Of a stretch of DNA of 64,000 nt, positions 27,590 through 41,375 are shown in pieces. A program made the translations under genes and the position numbers. The stretch's first letter is position 1, and the number at the start of each line of letters is the position of its first letter. This stretch comes from Eledone cirrhosa (taxonomy: Eukaryota), in the NCBI GenBank assembly GCA_964016885.1, contig OZ024744.1, positions 102,610,001 to 102,674,000 on the forward strand, given 5' to 3'. Below the pieces are notes generated by a model. It saw nothing but the letters and a program-made list of their open reading frames with translations. It did no database searches and was not told where the DNA came from.

Positions 27590-29265
27590 TCTATCTATCT
27601 AAGGCGGGTAAAATTCCCGAGATCCATGGACGAGTTCTCTCCAGCGGTCTCTATCCCTCATTATCGCTGCCATATCCTGCATCTCCAACAGACCAGTGTC
27701 TGTCCTTAGGGCATCAACATATGTTAACCTTGGTCTTCCTCTTCTAGTGTGTCCATGTAGGGGCTCCCAAAGGAGCACTGAGTGCAATGTCAACTCTGGA
27801 TGTCGGTGAGCATGTCCAGCCAACCTCAGTCTCCTCTGTGTCACTTTTGAGCTGACTTTTGGGATGCTCCCATACAGCTCTGAGTTTTTCATCCTCAGTG
27901 TATACTGATTAATGTTGAGAGCCATCCTCAGCATTCTCGTGTAGCACCCATCCACAATCTGAGTGAGTCTCTTGGTCAGTGTCCAAGTCTCAGACCCATA
28001 CAGCAGCACAGACTCCACTACAGCAATGAAGAGGCGGATTTTCAGGTCTCTACGAAGGTCCGACTTCCACACCGATCTCAAGCTGTGACACGCCACCCAG
28101 GCCTTGCTCTTCCTCTCAACCACATCATCTTCCGTATTCCCAATCTTTGCTCCCAAATACAGGAAGTCCTCAACCAATTCCAGCGGCTTCCCGCCTACAT
28201 TAGTGATCCCCTCTGGCTTCTCAACATTCTCTACCAGATATTTTGTTTTAGTCTCATTCATTCTCAGCCCCACACTCATCGACACAGTCTCAACCTCCCG
28301 CATCAAATCCTCTGCCTCCTTCACTGTATTTGTCACCAAAACTATGTCGTCGGCAAATTCAGCATCCGATACCTTTTTCGCCCCAACTCTCCTGCTCTGA
28401 GCCGGTGCTACAGTAAAGCCAGAGTCCTGGTGTTTCTCCAGAGCAAGGCGCATACAATAGTCCACTACGATGATAAAAAGGTAGGGAGCCAATGTATCTC
28501 CCTGGAGCACTCCAGCCAGTATCTCAAGTCAGATCCAGGGAACGGGGCCCAAGGATAGGAAGAGGAAATGGCTAGACCATTTTAGGACCCTACTAGGAGA
28601 GCCACCCTCCACAGCCCAGAGCACTGGGGAGATCAGGCGGCTGTTTGAGGAACTGGATGTTGAGACAGAGCCCTTCACCAGAGAGGAGCTTCAGAGAGCC
28701 AAGAAGAGGATCAAGGAGGGCAAGGCTCATGGAGAAGATGGAGTGGCATCAGAGATGATGAAGAGGTGTGATTTTGATGATATCATCCTGGGGTTCTGTA
28801 ACGGGGCACTGGAGAAAGGAGTTGCCCCGAATCAGTGGAGGATCAGTAACATCGTCCCAGTGCCAAAGAAGGGAGATCTCTCTAACACCAACAACTACCG
28901 GGGGATCTCACTGACGTCACTTGTGGCAAAGACCCTCAACAGGATGATTCTTAACAGGATCCAGCCTGAGATGAAGAAGAAGCTCAGGGACAACCAGAAC
29001 GGCTTCAGAGAGGGTAGATCAACCACCAGTCACATCCTGATGCTGAGGAGGATATTAGAGGGAGCTAGAGCAAAGTGCCTTCCTGCGGTCATGGTTTTCA
29101 TTGACTTTAGGAAGGCCTTTGATTCTGTGGACCATTACTGCCTGATGAAGATCTTACAGGCTTATGGAATCCCCAAGAGGATAGTGGACCTGATATCACT
29201 GCTCTACACCAACACCAAAGCCCAAGTCATTACACCTGATGGGATGACAGAGTTCTTTGAGATAC
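27590..29265 (-). mobile_element. RTE-type LINE with inverted 5' segment
   Basis: Minus ORF 27599-28510 (LQGDTLAPYLF, EFADDI) and plus ORF 28743-29265 (NYRGISL, DFRKAFDSV) are consecutive RT parts; ttgagatac shared at both breakpoints. Confidence 0.92.
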
Positions 29266-29830
29266 ACATATATATATATATATATATATATACACGCATA
29301 CACATATGCACACATATATAGACATACATACATATATATATTCACACATACACATACATATACACACATTCCGCCACATATGTACATAATACATGCACAT
29401 GTCTGCACATACATGCGCATATAAGCTCATGCACACAAGCACCCATGCCCATACCCCCCCCCCGCCGCATATATATACATATATACATATCTACACACAC
29501 ACACACATACATATGTCTACGCACAAGTCCACACATAAAAACACGCGAATATAAACACAATATGATAATAAAGCAATATAAATAAATAAATAAATAAATA
29601 AATAAATTTACAATATTTTAGGGTACATTAAAATCTGTATGTAACTGCATAAATAGGTAGAATAAAAAAAGGGGTAAGATAAAAAAATAGGTAAAATAAA
29701 AAAAACAGGGGGGGGGGGTACAGGAGAAGGTGCGTGCGTCCATGTGATATACTACACACGGGTAGTATGAGGTGCAAACCTGTGTCCGAGTGTAAAACAG
29801 GTAACAGTAACAGAACAATAATAGAACAAT

Positions 29831-30019
29831 AATTGTTTCTACTTTAGGCACAAGGCCAGCAATTACCCAGTGCATTACTGGTACTTTATTTTATCGACCC
29901 CGTAAGGATGAAAGGCAAAGTCAACCTCGGTGGGATTTGAACTCAGATCGTAAAGGGACGTAACTATGCTGGAAAGCATGGCGTCCGACCCTCCACCGAT
30001 ACTGACAATCCACCGCCCT
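29831..30019 (-). mobile_element. SINE family A, full length
   Basis: Matches 1065-1256; TSD aatagaacaataat at 29820 and 30020. Confidence 0.88.
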
Positions 30020-30211
30020 AATAGAACAATAATGATAGTAATAATCATTGTTCCAAAGTGGAACAGGTGGAGAGTATATAGTCACGACTGATGGGGTATA
30101 CGTTCACGGGGACGCCCGTCCCGGTCGCCATGGGGCAACAATTGCCGAAGAAACAATTGTAACACGCAATAAATTAAGTCCAGATACATCACTGATTTTT
30201 CGTTTTCTTTA

Positions 30212-30259
<48 letters not shown>

Positions 30260-31469
30260 TTATATATACAGATATATATACGTGTGTGTGTGTGTGTGTG
30301 TGTCCATGTATGTATGCATGCATGAATGAATACAGTAAGCCTGTGACTCTAACTGTTAGTACTATCACACATTTTGGTTTCTATTAATTCCCCAGGGAAT
30401 AGTTTGACCAAATGCTTTACTTATTTGTTTATTTATTAAAAAAAAAATTTTTTATTCTTTCTCTGAGACATTTAAAAAAATATATTTTTTGAAAGCAAAG
30501 CATTGGCGCCTAAAATACTACTGTGGGCCCCCTCGGGCTTGTAGCAAGCAATGGCACTACTTTATTAATTGCTTTATGCTTGGTCAGTTGCCAGTCCTCT
30601 AGCTTGGTGGCGTAGGAATACTAAGAACGACTTTCGCCCAGTAGGCGAATTTGCACCTAGGTATCAATTCTCTGTCAGTTATGTTCCTGATTTTTTATTC
30701 AGCCTACTTCACAGTGAAACTATGTGTTAATTTGTTTTGAAGAAAATAAACCATTATTATAAGTTTAAATATGCCTTCGGATTCTTTCATCAAGTATGGA
30801 ACTTATTTCTAAACATAAACATGCAGCCTAACAATTTATATCATACTTAAGAATATCCTCTCTGCCATCAATAGAGAATACAGCATCACCATGGACAATA
30901 CCAATATACAACCAAATATCTTCTTTTCAGATCCTTTCTACCACCAACATTAAACACAGTAAACAACTAAATGTATTCTAGCTAAAGGCACACTTGCCAT
31001 TTGGCAACCTGGCAATCTGACCAGTCCGCCACTGTATATGCATGTATGTATGTATATAGAAATGTGTTTGAGAGTGTGTGATATGTTCAGTGTTCAGTGT
31101 TATGTATATTTATGAATCATACAATGTAAGAAATGTTTTAAACATTTATCTCATCAAAAACATAATAGCTAATGATGATACATTTAATATTTTGATATAT
31201 TTACCATTTGAAGATAAAAATCTGAAGATAAAAATTGTTGCATATTAAACTGTTTTTATATAGAGTGGATGTTGTTCTCTACTCTCATTTATGGTGATCG
31301 ATGAAAGCCTTAATATAACCTCTCTAAGGAACCTGTTCACTGACACTATGCATCTTCTATCAGAAACCTAAAAGACCCTGTTCGATTGTGAATGACCATG
31401 GGTTTTACACCTAGAAGGTTCTATTCCAAGGACAAGCCTTGCCAATGTGTTTTTGTGGAAGACCAGCAG

Positions 31470-31822
31470 TCACCCATACATCTAACACCCGTGGGTATGC
31501 CTACAAAGTCAGAAAACAGCACAGCTCCCATGACTTTCAGAAACATTTTTTCTTGCTCAGAGTTGCTGAAACATGGAACAAACTACCTGCGTCAGTTGTT
31601 AGCTGTCGAGACACTGCATCCTTTAAAACCTCCATGTTTCCTGAAATTTGCCAACACTACACCTGCTATTTCTCCCTTCCATACACACGCACACCTGTAT
31701 ATCATGACTCATACACTGTTCACTTTCCTGACAATTGTACATTATTCTATGTACCAAACATGCATCTTTGATGAGTTGTAGTGCACCTGAGCACTGTACA
31801 CAATAATTTCATTATTATTATT
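31470..31822 (+). mobile_element. CR1/L2-group LINE 3' fragment
   Basis: HFF..RVAETWNKLP C-terminal motif; (att)n tail. Confidence 0.65.
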
Positions 31823-32963
31823 AAAGCAGTCTATCCTCTTCACACCACTGATATTTTCCAAAGGAAAGGCAAAGGTCAATGTAGCATACCACCAGTGATA
31901 TCATAACTAATATATACACTATATACCTATGTATACTACAGCGGGAAGTGAACAAACCTACCTTGCATCTCCCCCTTGAATCCAGACTGAATGTCCATTG
32001 CGCTGATGTTCACATGACTTGTGTCTAGCAGAGAATTACAGAGCCTTTCTCCCTCACAATCATGACACATCCACGCCACGCTATGACCTGATAAAACAAA
32101 GCAACAGGGGTGTGAACCCTAATGTGACACCTCTGGTCCCTCGCCTCTGGCAAGACACCCTCCACACTTCTGGCATTCCTTTTTCAGCAGCCCCCACAAC
32201 CCCACTCATTTCCTGATCTCAAGAATAAATCACCCTATCATATTACCCCATGTCAAAATCTGTCATCCACCTTTACCCTCTCCCTGATTTCACGCATCAT
32301 GGCCACAATCTTCTCTTCTGCCCTGTCTCCCCAGCTCACCCTATCAGCTCATCTCTTGGCGTAGCTGCATGCTGTTCAGAGCCATCCTGCAATTGGATAG
32401 TGGCCCACCAATTTCTCACATATTCAGAAAAGTTATTGTCTGTCCATGTCGGTTCCCAGTTTTATCTGAAATTCCAGTGTGTCCATCTTGTCTCTTTGCA
32501 GCTTCAGTCCCAGTGTGGCTCTTCTCTCCACCATCTCTAGGCAGTTTCGCAGTTAATCCGAACCTTCCTAAGTGGCTTGAGATCCCTGCTGTCGATACCA
32601 TGGTCTCATCTACCAAGATGTAGGAATTGGTGGCTCTCTTCACCTGATCTACCTTCCCCAGAATGGCCTTGAGGACCGTTGCCATGATCTTTGCTGCTGA
32701 GTTCAACCTGAAGCCAAGCCTTGTCAGGCAGTATGTCTGGTTCTTATACCTGACCAGCTGATATTTCCACAGTTTCTTAGTTACATGTAGCTGCAGATAT
32801 GCTAACTTTAAGTCGACAATTGCGAAGGCCCTCATCATTTGTTTTCACTCTGCAGACATCCATGACCTCACTACCTCTGTGGCATGACACATATTTGTTC
32901 CGTTCACGAAAAGTCCAGCACTGGTCTGACCTTGTTCTTCGATGGTTACTCTACTGCCATTAA

Positions 32964-33303
32964 AGGCACATGGCTTAGTGGTTAGAGCATTGGCCTTGCA
33001 ATCGAAAGGTTGTGAGTTCAATTCTCAGACCGGGTGATGTGTTGTTTCCTTGAGCAAGACACTTTATTTCACATTGCTCCAGTTTACTCAGCTGTAGAAA
33101 TGAAATGATAGGGACTGGGATCCATATCATTCCACTGCAAAGTGGTCGTGGAGATGCCATAGCAAAAAAGCACCCAGCACTCACTGTAAATGAGGTTGGT
33201 GTTAGGAAGGGCATCCAGCTGTAGAAATCAAGCCAGTATCAGTTCCCGTCCCACCCTTGCAAGCAGGGAAAAGTGGACGTAAAATGAAATGATGATGATG
33301 ATG
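32964..33303 (+). mobile_element. SINE family B inserted in Gypsy RT
   Basis: Matches 23160-23507. Confidence 0.88.
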
Positions 33304-34533
33304 ACTCCACTCTTTATCTCCTCCCACAAATGGATCAATATGCCCTCCTTGATCCATCTTTGCACCTCTCCCTCAAACTCACTTCTAGCACCCCCTTTCA
33401 AGGTATGCTGATAGCAGCTCACTCTGTTCTTCAATGTCGGGGGTCTCTCCTTTCCAGTACCACTCAACTATCCACCATAGCCCATCGAACACAACCCTGA
33501 AATCCTTGTCTTGTATGGTGTGAGCAGCATGTTTTTCTTCGTGGATCTCCCTGTTCTGCTGTTGCACACTCATGGCACATGGTGTTCCTGCACTACCAAA
33601 TCTTACCCTGACCTCACTACACTAACTATAACACCGCCTAAGCAGCCTTTCACATCCATGCACATTACTACATTGATTCCGTCCACCACATTGTCAATCA
33701 CGATCACCCGGAGCTTTATTTTCCTTCCCCGTATCACCATCTCCACCTCACTTCTACCTCTATATCTAATCTCCCTGCCATCGACTGCCCTCACACTACT
33801 CCTCCTGCTCTACTTTTTAACCACCTTTGAGGTCACTAATGTCATTGTGCAACTCATGGGCATGAGGCCTTGTGACAGCTTCCCCACACCAGAACTTCCA
33901 CCAGAAGCACTGGGCTCAGAAAGCCCATGGCTGAGCGTTCATGGGAGCTCTTCTCCCCTTGACATTCATCAATTGCTGTTGAGTGCTATGGGCTTCTGTC
34001 TCCGTGAGCACTGCAACATTCTGCTCAGTGCCTCATGTCACTATGTGGGCCTGTGCGAATAGCTCGCTCATGGTCATTTTCCTGTTGCACAGCAACTGTT
34101 GGACCCTCTCCAAAATTTTGTTGGGGAACCCATTCACGAATGCCATCCACACAGCCCTTTCAATGTTTTCCACTGTCAACTCGGCTAGTGTTGCCAACCT
34201 CCCAATTTCTGCTGAAAATATGTGCACCTGCTTTCCCGTCTATCTCACTTTGCCTGGCTTGGTGAAAGCAGCATAAGGCGCCTCAGTGAATGCTTCCTTA
34301 AGATATTGCTCTATCTTCTCTATGTTCAATTTGGTCTGACACGTCCATCTTAAGGTATAATGCTAGTGTGTTGTCGATAAGATAGAGAGCCTTTAGTCCA
34401 GCCATATTTTTGATGCCTTGCAGCATGGCGACCAATTTAATGTTTCTCATCCAGGCGCTGACAACCCCTCACTGTTGAATGCTTTGATTGCCTCACTACT
34501 TATTCTCGTTTTTATCACCATATCGTCTGCGAG

Positions 34534-34571
<38 letters not shown>

Positions 34572-34895
34572 TTTACGTCTGCTTTTCCCTGCTTGCAAGG
34601 GGGGGGGACTGGAACTGATTCTGGCTTGATTTCTACAGTTGGATGCCCTTCCTAACACCAACTTCATTTACAGTGAGTGCTGGGTGCTTTTTTGCCGTGG
34701 CACCTCCACGATCACTTTACAGTGGAATGATATGGACTCCAGTCCCTATCATCTCATTTCTACAGCTGAGTAAACTGGAGCAATGTGAAATAAAGTGTCT
34801 TGCTCAAGGAAACAACACATCACCCGGTCCGAGAATTGAACTCACAACGTTTCGATTGCAAGGCCAATGCTCTAACCACTAAGCCATGTGCCTTC
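34534..34895 (-). mobile_element. SINE family B inserted in Gypsy 5' region
   Basis: Matches 23160-23507. Confidence 0.88.
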
Positions 34896-35344
34896 ATAGA
34901 AAATAAATAATAACAAAAGAAAAAAGAAAACGCTGTTGAAAAATAAGAATGCCTGGAGTAAGAAGAGCGCAGACATTAGTTTGTGGTGGGAAGTGAATGG
35001 ACCTACCTTGTGTCTTTGCTTCAATCCAGACCGATGTTCACATGACTTACATCTGGCTGAGAATTATAGAACCTCGCTCACACTCAATCATGACACATCC
35101 ACAATGAAAAAGCGAAGGCAACAGGGACATGAACCCTAATGTGACATCACTGGTCCCTCGTCTCTGGCAAGACCGCGCCTGTACTTCTGGCATTCCTTTT
35201 TTGGCAGCCCCACATATACATTATATATTATACACTATACACTATATATGATGTTGTTTAGGTAAAGACCAATAGAGCTTGGCACCAGTAATATCACAAC
35301 TAATATATACACTATATACATGCTATGTATATATTATATATTAT

Positions 35345-35560
35345 GGGAGATTGGCAGTATCGGTAGAGAGTCGGACGCCATGCTTTGCAGCATAGAGTTA
35401 TGGCTGTTTATGATCTGAGTTCAAGTCCCGCCGAGGTTAACTTTGCTTTTCATCCTTACGGGGTCGATAAAATAAAGTACCAGTCACGCACTGGGGTCGA
35501 TTTAATTGACTTTCCCTTCCTCCCAAATTGCTGGCCTTGTGCCTAAATAAGAAACCATTA
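35345..35560 (+). mobile_element. SINE family A variant
   Basis: Same head and core, with ~30 extra nt before the tail. Confidence 0.82.
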
Positions 35561-37048
35561 TATATACACTATATATGATGCTGTGTTAGGGAAAGGCAAA
35601 GACTGATACAGCTTGGCACTAGTGACGTCACAACTAACATATATACTATATACACACAATGTGTGTACACTATATATTATACACTATACACTATATATGA
35701 TGTTGTCTAAGGCAGTGGTCGCCAACATGGGTTCCACGGAACCTTGGGGTTCCGTAAAACAAACTCCGGGTTCCTTAAAAAAATAAATATTTACATTACC
35801 ATTAATATTTTGGGTTTTCTGAAAAAGGTGCAAAGAAAATGCCAAAGGTGCAATGTATAAATGAACGAGTACTATTGTAGTGTACACAGGTTCTCCACTC
35901 CAATTCGTGGAAAACACTACTTTCAGTTTCTCACTTGAATTAGCAGAAAGACACTGTTCTGAGATTCGTGGAAATTGAATACTTTCAATTTCACATCAAT
36001 TCTTGGAAAGACATGGTTTTCTGAATTCCGAGGATTTGACTACTACTGATAATACACTAATTGAACGTAGAAATTGACCAATCATGAACAAGTAAATGTT
36101 GGTCGATGACAGCATAACTTTAAACTGAAAACTTCAGTTCAGCGAGGTCTCTCAGGCGAGATACAGGGTCAGTTCGCTGTTCTCACAACGTAAGTTCAGT
36201 AGAATGTTTTCAATAGCGAACACGTTTTAATCTGCTGTCCTCACAAAAGCTTTAAAGTCGCCTAAAGTTTCCTCACAGAGTGAACTCGCTTACTAGTCGT
36301 TTTCAACATGCATCCAGTTCCACAGACAATTCTAAATAAGAACACGTTACATTCTGTTGTACTTTGTACAGAAAATATAACGCCTGTAAAGTTTCGACTA
36401 CTAACAAAGGTAATTTTGTATTCCATGCATACACTATAAACTTTGCCACACAATTATGTATTCATTTGATGACAATTGAGAAATTACTTCATACAATAAA
36501 TATATATGTACACAAACATTTAACTAAACTTTATTTGTTCCAATCTAATGTATGTTTAACGCAGCCTAAAGCCTTCTTATATTATATCTAACTTTGAGTC
36601 AAAATAGATAGAAGATATCTGAATTAATTTCCAATACCATCGTCACATCTTCTACACTACCAGCTGATTTGCATTTTTTACACCTTTTAGTATGGCGGAT
36701 ATTTAAATATATTTACATTACCAATAATATTTAATACGACCCTAAAGAAGTATATGCAGGAAGTGCTGGACTCTGAAAAAAATTTCTTCTAGCTGTTTAT
36801 AAATTTGCACCTTTTTCAGTAACCCCTAATATTTTAATATTATTATAAGACTTTAAATAATATGTTTGCCATCCTAAAATGGAGAAATTTCAATTTTTAA
36901 AAATTAAAATTTTTTTTTAACTAGTTAAGTTTTTCCAAATATCTAAAATTAAAGTTAATTTAAGTACTTTTTGTAATTAAAAAAACTTAATTTCTCTTGT
37001 TTATTAATGTCATATTAAAAAGTTTAACTGTAGATAAATAACATTGAT

Positions 37049-39583
37049 ATGATGTCTACTGCAAAGAAGCTGAAGTTAGATACCAGCAGTAAGGTTAGAC
37101 AGTCGTGTGATGATTATGTTAGATATGGATTTCAAAAAGCTGACACTAAAAAAGATACACCAGATCAGCCCATGTGTTTGCTATGTTCAAAAGTTCTATC
37201 AAATAGCTGTTTAAATCCTGCAAAACTTAAAGACACCTTGATACTAATCACACCAATGATAAAAACAAGTCACTGGAATACTTTACTTCGCTGAAAAACA
37301 ACATAAAAAAATCACAAGCTAATATGTATGACTTGTTTTGTAAAAAGTCAGATAGAAATAAAGCTTTGGCGATATCCAATTTCAGTGGACTAAATGCTGC
37401 TTACGTGCTGTAGTTGCTGTTTACTTCAATGTATGAGGCTATTCCAACAAATTTACATTCCCTTTTTTTTAGCCGTTAAAAGAAATATAAATTTATTTAT
37501 TGGTTTTTTTTTTGCGATTTATTTGCCACTGGGGCATAGATTTCTTTATTTGCCACGGGGGAAGTTTTTACAAAAATCAAGTACAAACATTTAACGAGTG
37601 ATTAAAAAGGAATATAAAAATTAAGTCCTCAATAGAGAGGCAGCCTTTTGGGGTCACACACACCCCCGTAGAAAGTGTGCGACCTTTCTGCCAGGGAGCA
37701 CAGAGAGAGAGAGGGGGGTGCTCCCTTCTTCTCTTACCTGTACAAGCCGATATAGAGAGATGGCCCACTTACACGGGCATTATTGCTACTTTCACCCATC
37801 TTTCATGGAATTGGCTGGGACTGAGTGCCTTTCTCTCCACCTTGATCCTTCTTTCGAAGTGGTATCGGAAGAAGAGGACCATTTGTTGGCCGGCGACATA
37901 TCCCCACAGATCGGCAAAAAAAAATCAAACAAACAAACAAAAACGTGGCAAATAAAGAAATCTATGCCCCAGTGGCAAATAAATCGCAAAAAAAAAAACA
38001 ATAAATAAATCTATATTTCTTTTAACGGCTAAAAAAAAGGGAATGTAAATTTGTTGGAATAGCCTCATACATTGAAGTAAACAGCAACTACAGCACGTAA
38101 GCAGCATTTAGTCCACTAAAATTGGATATCGCCAGCTGCAGTATTAAGGACAAAGAAAAATTAAGCCAGTTACCATTGTCAGCAAATACTGTAAAAAGAA
38201 GGATAATTGATATTTCTTCTGATATAGAAAATCAGATACTAACTGCACTAAAGAAAAGCACATGTTTTGGTCTGCAAGTGGATATTAATAACAAGGCTCA
38301 ATTAATTTGCTATGTACGGTTTGTAGACCTTGATAAAAAAGAATTAGTAGAAGAGTATTTGTTTTGTCTGGTATTAGACATCACAACTAAAGGTCAAGAT
38401 ATATTCAATAAAATTGAAGAGTATTTTTTAAAAAATAGTGTATCTTGGAGCAAGTTGACTTCAATAACAACAGATGGAGCAGCTGCAATGACTGGTAAAA
38501 ATTCTAGTTTGATTGCAAAAATTAAAGAATAGACCCCAAATTGTATTTCAAATCATTGTATGATTCATCGAGAGGTTTTGTGTTAAAAAAAATTCAAAGA
38601 CAGAGATGCTCAAATATTAAATGACCAGCTGAAAAACATTGTCAAAATTATCAATTTGATCCATGCAAGAGCAAAAAATTCTAGAATGTTTGAATCTATT
38701 TGTGAATCTTCTGGAAGTAATTATAATAGATTGTTATTGAACAATGATGTGCGTTGGCTGTCTTTTGGGGATGCTATGAAGAGAGTTTTTGAACTGAGAG
38801 AAGAAATAATAGTTTTTCTAAAAAAACAATGATGAAAGAGCAAGTGTATTAGAAACCAATGAATGGAATGTGCAACTTGCTTATTTAGTAGACATTTTTG
38901 GTGAACTGAACAAACTAAATAAGTGTCTTCAGGGTAACAATGCAGATATTTTTACTTCAATCAATTTTATTACATATTTTCAATCAAAATTAAACATCTT
39001 TATAAAAAGAATTGAATCGGATAATTACTCATTACTTTCAAACCTTGAAATAGAGCTTAAAAAGAGAGAAGGTTTTGACTCCAGCAATCTAAAGAAGATT
39101 ATTCTTTCTCATTTAAAATTGCTTTCCACAAGTTTTTCAGATTATTTTGACTTGATGGAAAAAGATATTGTTAGCGGAAATTTATGGATAAAAAACCCGT
39201 TCACCGAGATCGAGCAGTTAGTGTCAGAAAATGACGCTGGAAATTGTAAAAATTTACTACCTGCACAATGCTTACATCAGTTGATGGATTTGAATTCAAA
39301 CGAAGACCTGAAAGTGATATTCGAAAGCAGAAAGAAAGAACTATGGATCGACTTATTCTTGATTGGGGAGTTTAATAAAATCAGCCAACTTGCATTGAAA
39401 TATTTGACTTTATTCCCATCTAGCTACTTGTGCGAAAAAGGGTTTTCGCAGTTGGTAGAAATCTGCACAAAGAAGAGGAATAAACTGTCAGCAATTGACG
39501 AGTGTATGAGACTGGCATTAACTAGTGTTGAACCTCGATTTTCTAAACTCACTGATGAGGCGCAGCAGCAGAAAAGCCACTAG
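37049..39583 (+). pseudogene. Buster-type hAT transposase with BED-like finger, disrupted
   Basis: YV.YGF, PMCLLC.KVLSN, PLSANTVKRRI, TTDGAAAMTG, HCMIHRE, LAYLVDIF, FPSSYLCEKGFS; stops, frameshifts and an insertion. Confidence 0.92.
37367..38134. mobile_element. Non-autonomous long-TIR (fold-back/MITE-like) element
   Basis: ~190-bp TIRs 37367-37558/37944-38134 starting tggcgatatcc; non-coding spacer; no TSD seen. Confidence 0.78.
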
Positions 39584-40105
39584 TTAATTGTGTTCGATTA
39601 CATACACACGCATGAAACACTAAAATAAATAAATATTTTATAATTTTTTTTTGAAAAGTTTTGTATTGTATAGGTTCCATGAAGAATTCAAAATATTTAG
39701 AGGGTTCCTCGGTTTTAGAAAGGTTGGCGACCACTGGTCTAAGGGAATGTTAAAAGCCAATACAGCTTGGCATTAATGACGTCACAACTCATTTTTTTTC
39801 CAGCTGAGTGAACTGGAGCAATATGAAATAAAGTGTTCATGGACACAACACACTGTCTGCTCCAGATGTCAAACTCACAAGACATATTCCTTCAGAAAAC
39901 CTAAGACTAGTAAATAGGTAGTTGTTCTGAATTTCAGCAGAAACTACTTGATGTGGTGGCAATGTGAGTCAGTGTACAAATCACCAACCACCAATGTTTC
40001 TGTAGGATATAGGCCTGGTATATCTTATTTGTAGAACTTATAGTTCAACCTGGTAACTAAGAAGGCTATTTTACCCCTATAACTTCAAACGACTTGCAGC
40101 AGATA

Positions 40106-40292
40106 TAATTGTTTCTAGTTTTGGCACAAGGCCAGCAATAACCCCAGTACATTACTGGTACTTTATTTTATCAACCCCCGTAAGGATAAAAGGCAAAGTT
40201 AACCTTGGTGGGATTTGAACTCAGAACGCAAAGGGCTTTAACTCTATGCTGCAAAGTATGGTGTTTGACGCTCTACCGATACTGCCAATCCA
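40106..40292 (-). mobile_element. SINE family A
   Basis: Matches family; TSD-like acttgcagcag on both sides. Confidence 0.85.
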
Positions 40293-40938
40293 CTTGCAGC
40301 AGCAGATACAATGCAATATAGTTACACGATAGATATGAAGATAATAGTTTTCAATTACCTTTTTTTGTTGTTTTTCTTAAAATTTCTTTTATTCCTAAAA
40401 GTTTTTATTGGGTTTCTTATTCCATAAACAAAAACACACAAAAAAAAAAAATTAAGTTTCTAAATTGATTAGAAGCCAAATTACTATGAAATATCTATTT
40501 TATGTTAGCCATTTTGAAAATCTGAAGTGGCAGCCACGCAGGTGTTTGTAAATGCCTACATGAATTTTTTAGATTCTTCATGCTTTGGTGATTCTAAAAA
40601 TGTATAGGGTTGCTGTTCTGCAAAGATTTTGACCTAAATTATATTTGTTAACAGAGTTAAACTGACTATATATATATATATATATATATAAATGAAAAGT
40701 ATAGAAATTATTGTGAGCAAGAAGCCAACAGTATTCCATAATATATAAGTGACTATAGCGTCAAAATGGAAAATAGTTAATATAAGATGTGGGAAAATAA
40801 TTCAAACTCAATTCAAAAAGAATCAGGATATAGATTCATCCACAGAATTTAGTGAAATCCAGGGTAAAATCAATAGAGCCCTAACTCAGAATAAAATAAA
40901 ATAAAGTTTAAAATATATATATATATATATATATATAT

Positions 40939-41131
40939 TTTTAATATAGATGAGATTCTACAGGACTAGTACTGTTTCATTCTTTAGAAATCATCAGGAG
41001 ATTCCTGATGAATTCTAAAGAATGAAACAGTTCTAGTCCTGTAGAATCTCATCTATATTAAAACTTTTATACTCTGCAATGTATTGAGTACCTTACTTAC
41101 TGTGGTTACCTCCGATTCAACCCGGAATAAC

Positions 41132-41132
<1 letters not shown>
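40939..41132. mobile_element. Fold-back Penelope-like remnant with back-to-back hammerheads and tail
   Basis: Arms 40939-40998/41004-41063, tail to 41132, TA-flanked; relatives at 59568-59748 and 60355-60420. Confidence 0.8.
40999..41049 (+). ncRNA. Hammerhead ribozyme variant with displaced helix I
   Basis: AGATTC-CTGATGA-ATTC-taaa-GAAT-GAAAC-AGTTCTA-GTC-ctgta-GAATCT. Confidence 0.75.
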
Positions 41133-41182
<50 letters not shown>

Positions 41183-41375
41183 CGGATGCTGCATGGTAGT
41201 GAGATAGGACAAGGAATGTGGAAGCTGAGTGGAATGTTGAGAAAAAAAACATTGTGTAAGTAATATTAACCTTCATGAGAGGCAGGAAAACAAGTGGACT
41301 GAGATGATGATTTGACATTAAAGGTATCAGATGAAGTGTGTATAAGAGAGATGGCTGTACTGGCATGTATATGAC

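Larger units (their letters stand above)
31937..35214 (-). mobile_element. Gypsy LTR retrotransposon, internally deleted, two diverged LTRs
   Basis: LTRs 34982-35214 and 31937-32198 (minus-strand start tgtgggg), 5-bp TSD tatac, gag/protease/RT remnants homologous to 44.8-46.8 kb. Confidence 0.85.
35713..39736 (+). mobile_element. hAT (Buster-type) DNA transposon, full extent
   Basis: TIRs cagtggtcgccaac/gttggcgaccactg; perfect 8-bp TSD gtctaagg (35705-35712, 39737-39744). Confidence 0.95.

Noticed and set aside
31019-31033. hAT-like terminal repeat ccagtccgccactg
   Set aside because: No matching left TIR or TSD found.
34643-34882. Recurrent 79-aa ORF MPFLTPTSF...
   Set aside because: Antisense translation of SINE family B.
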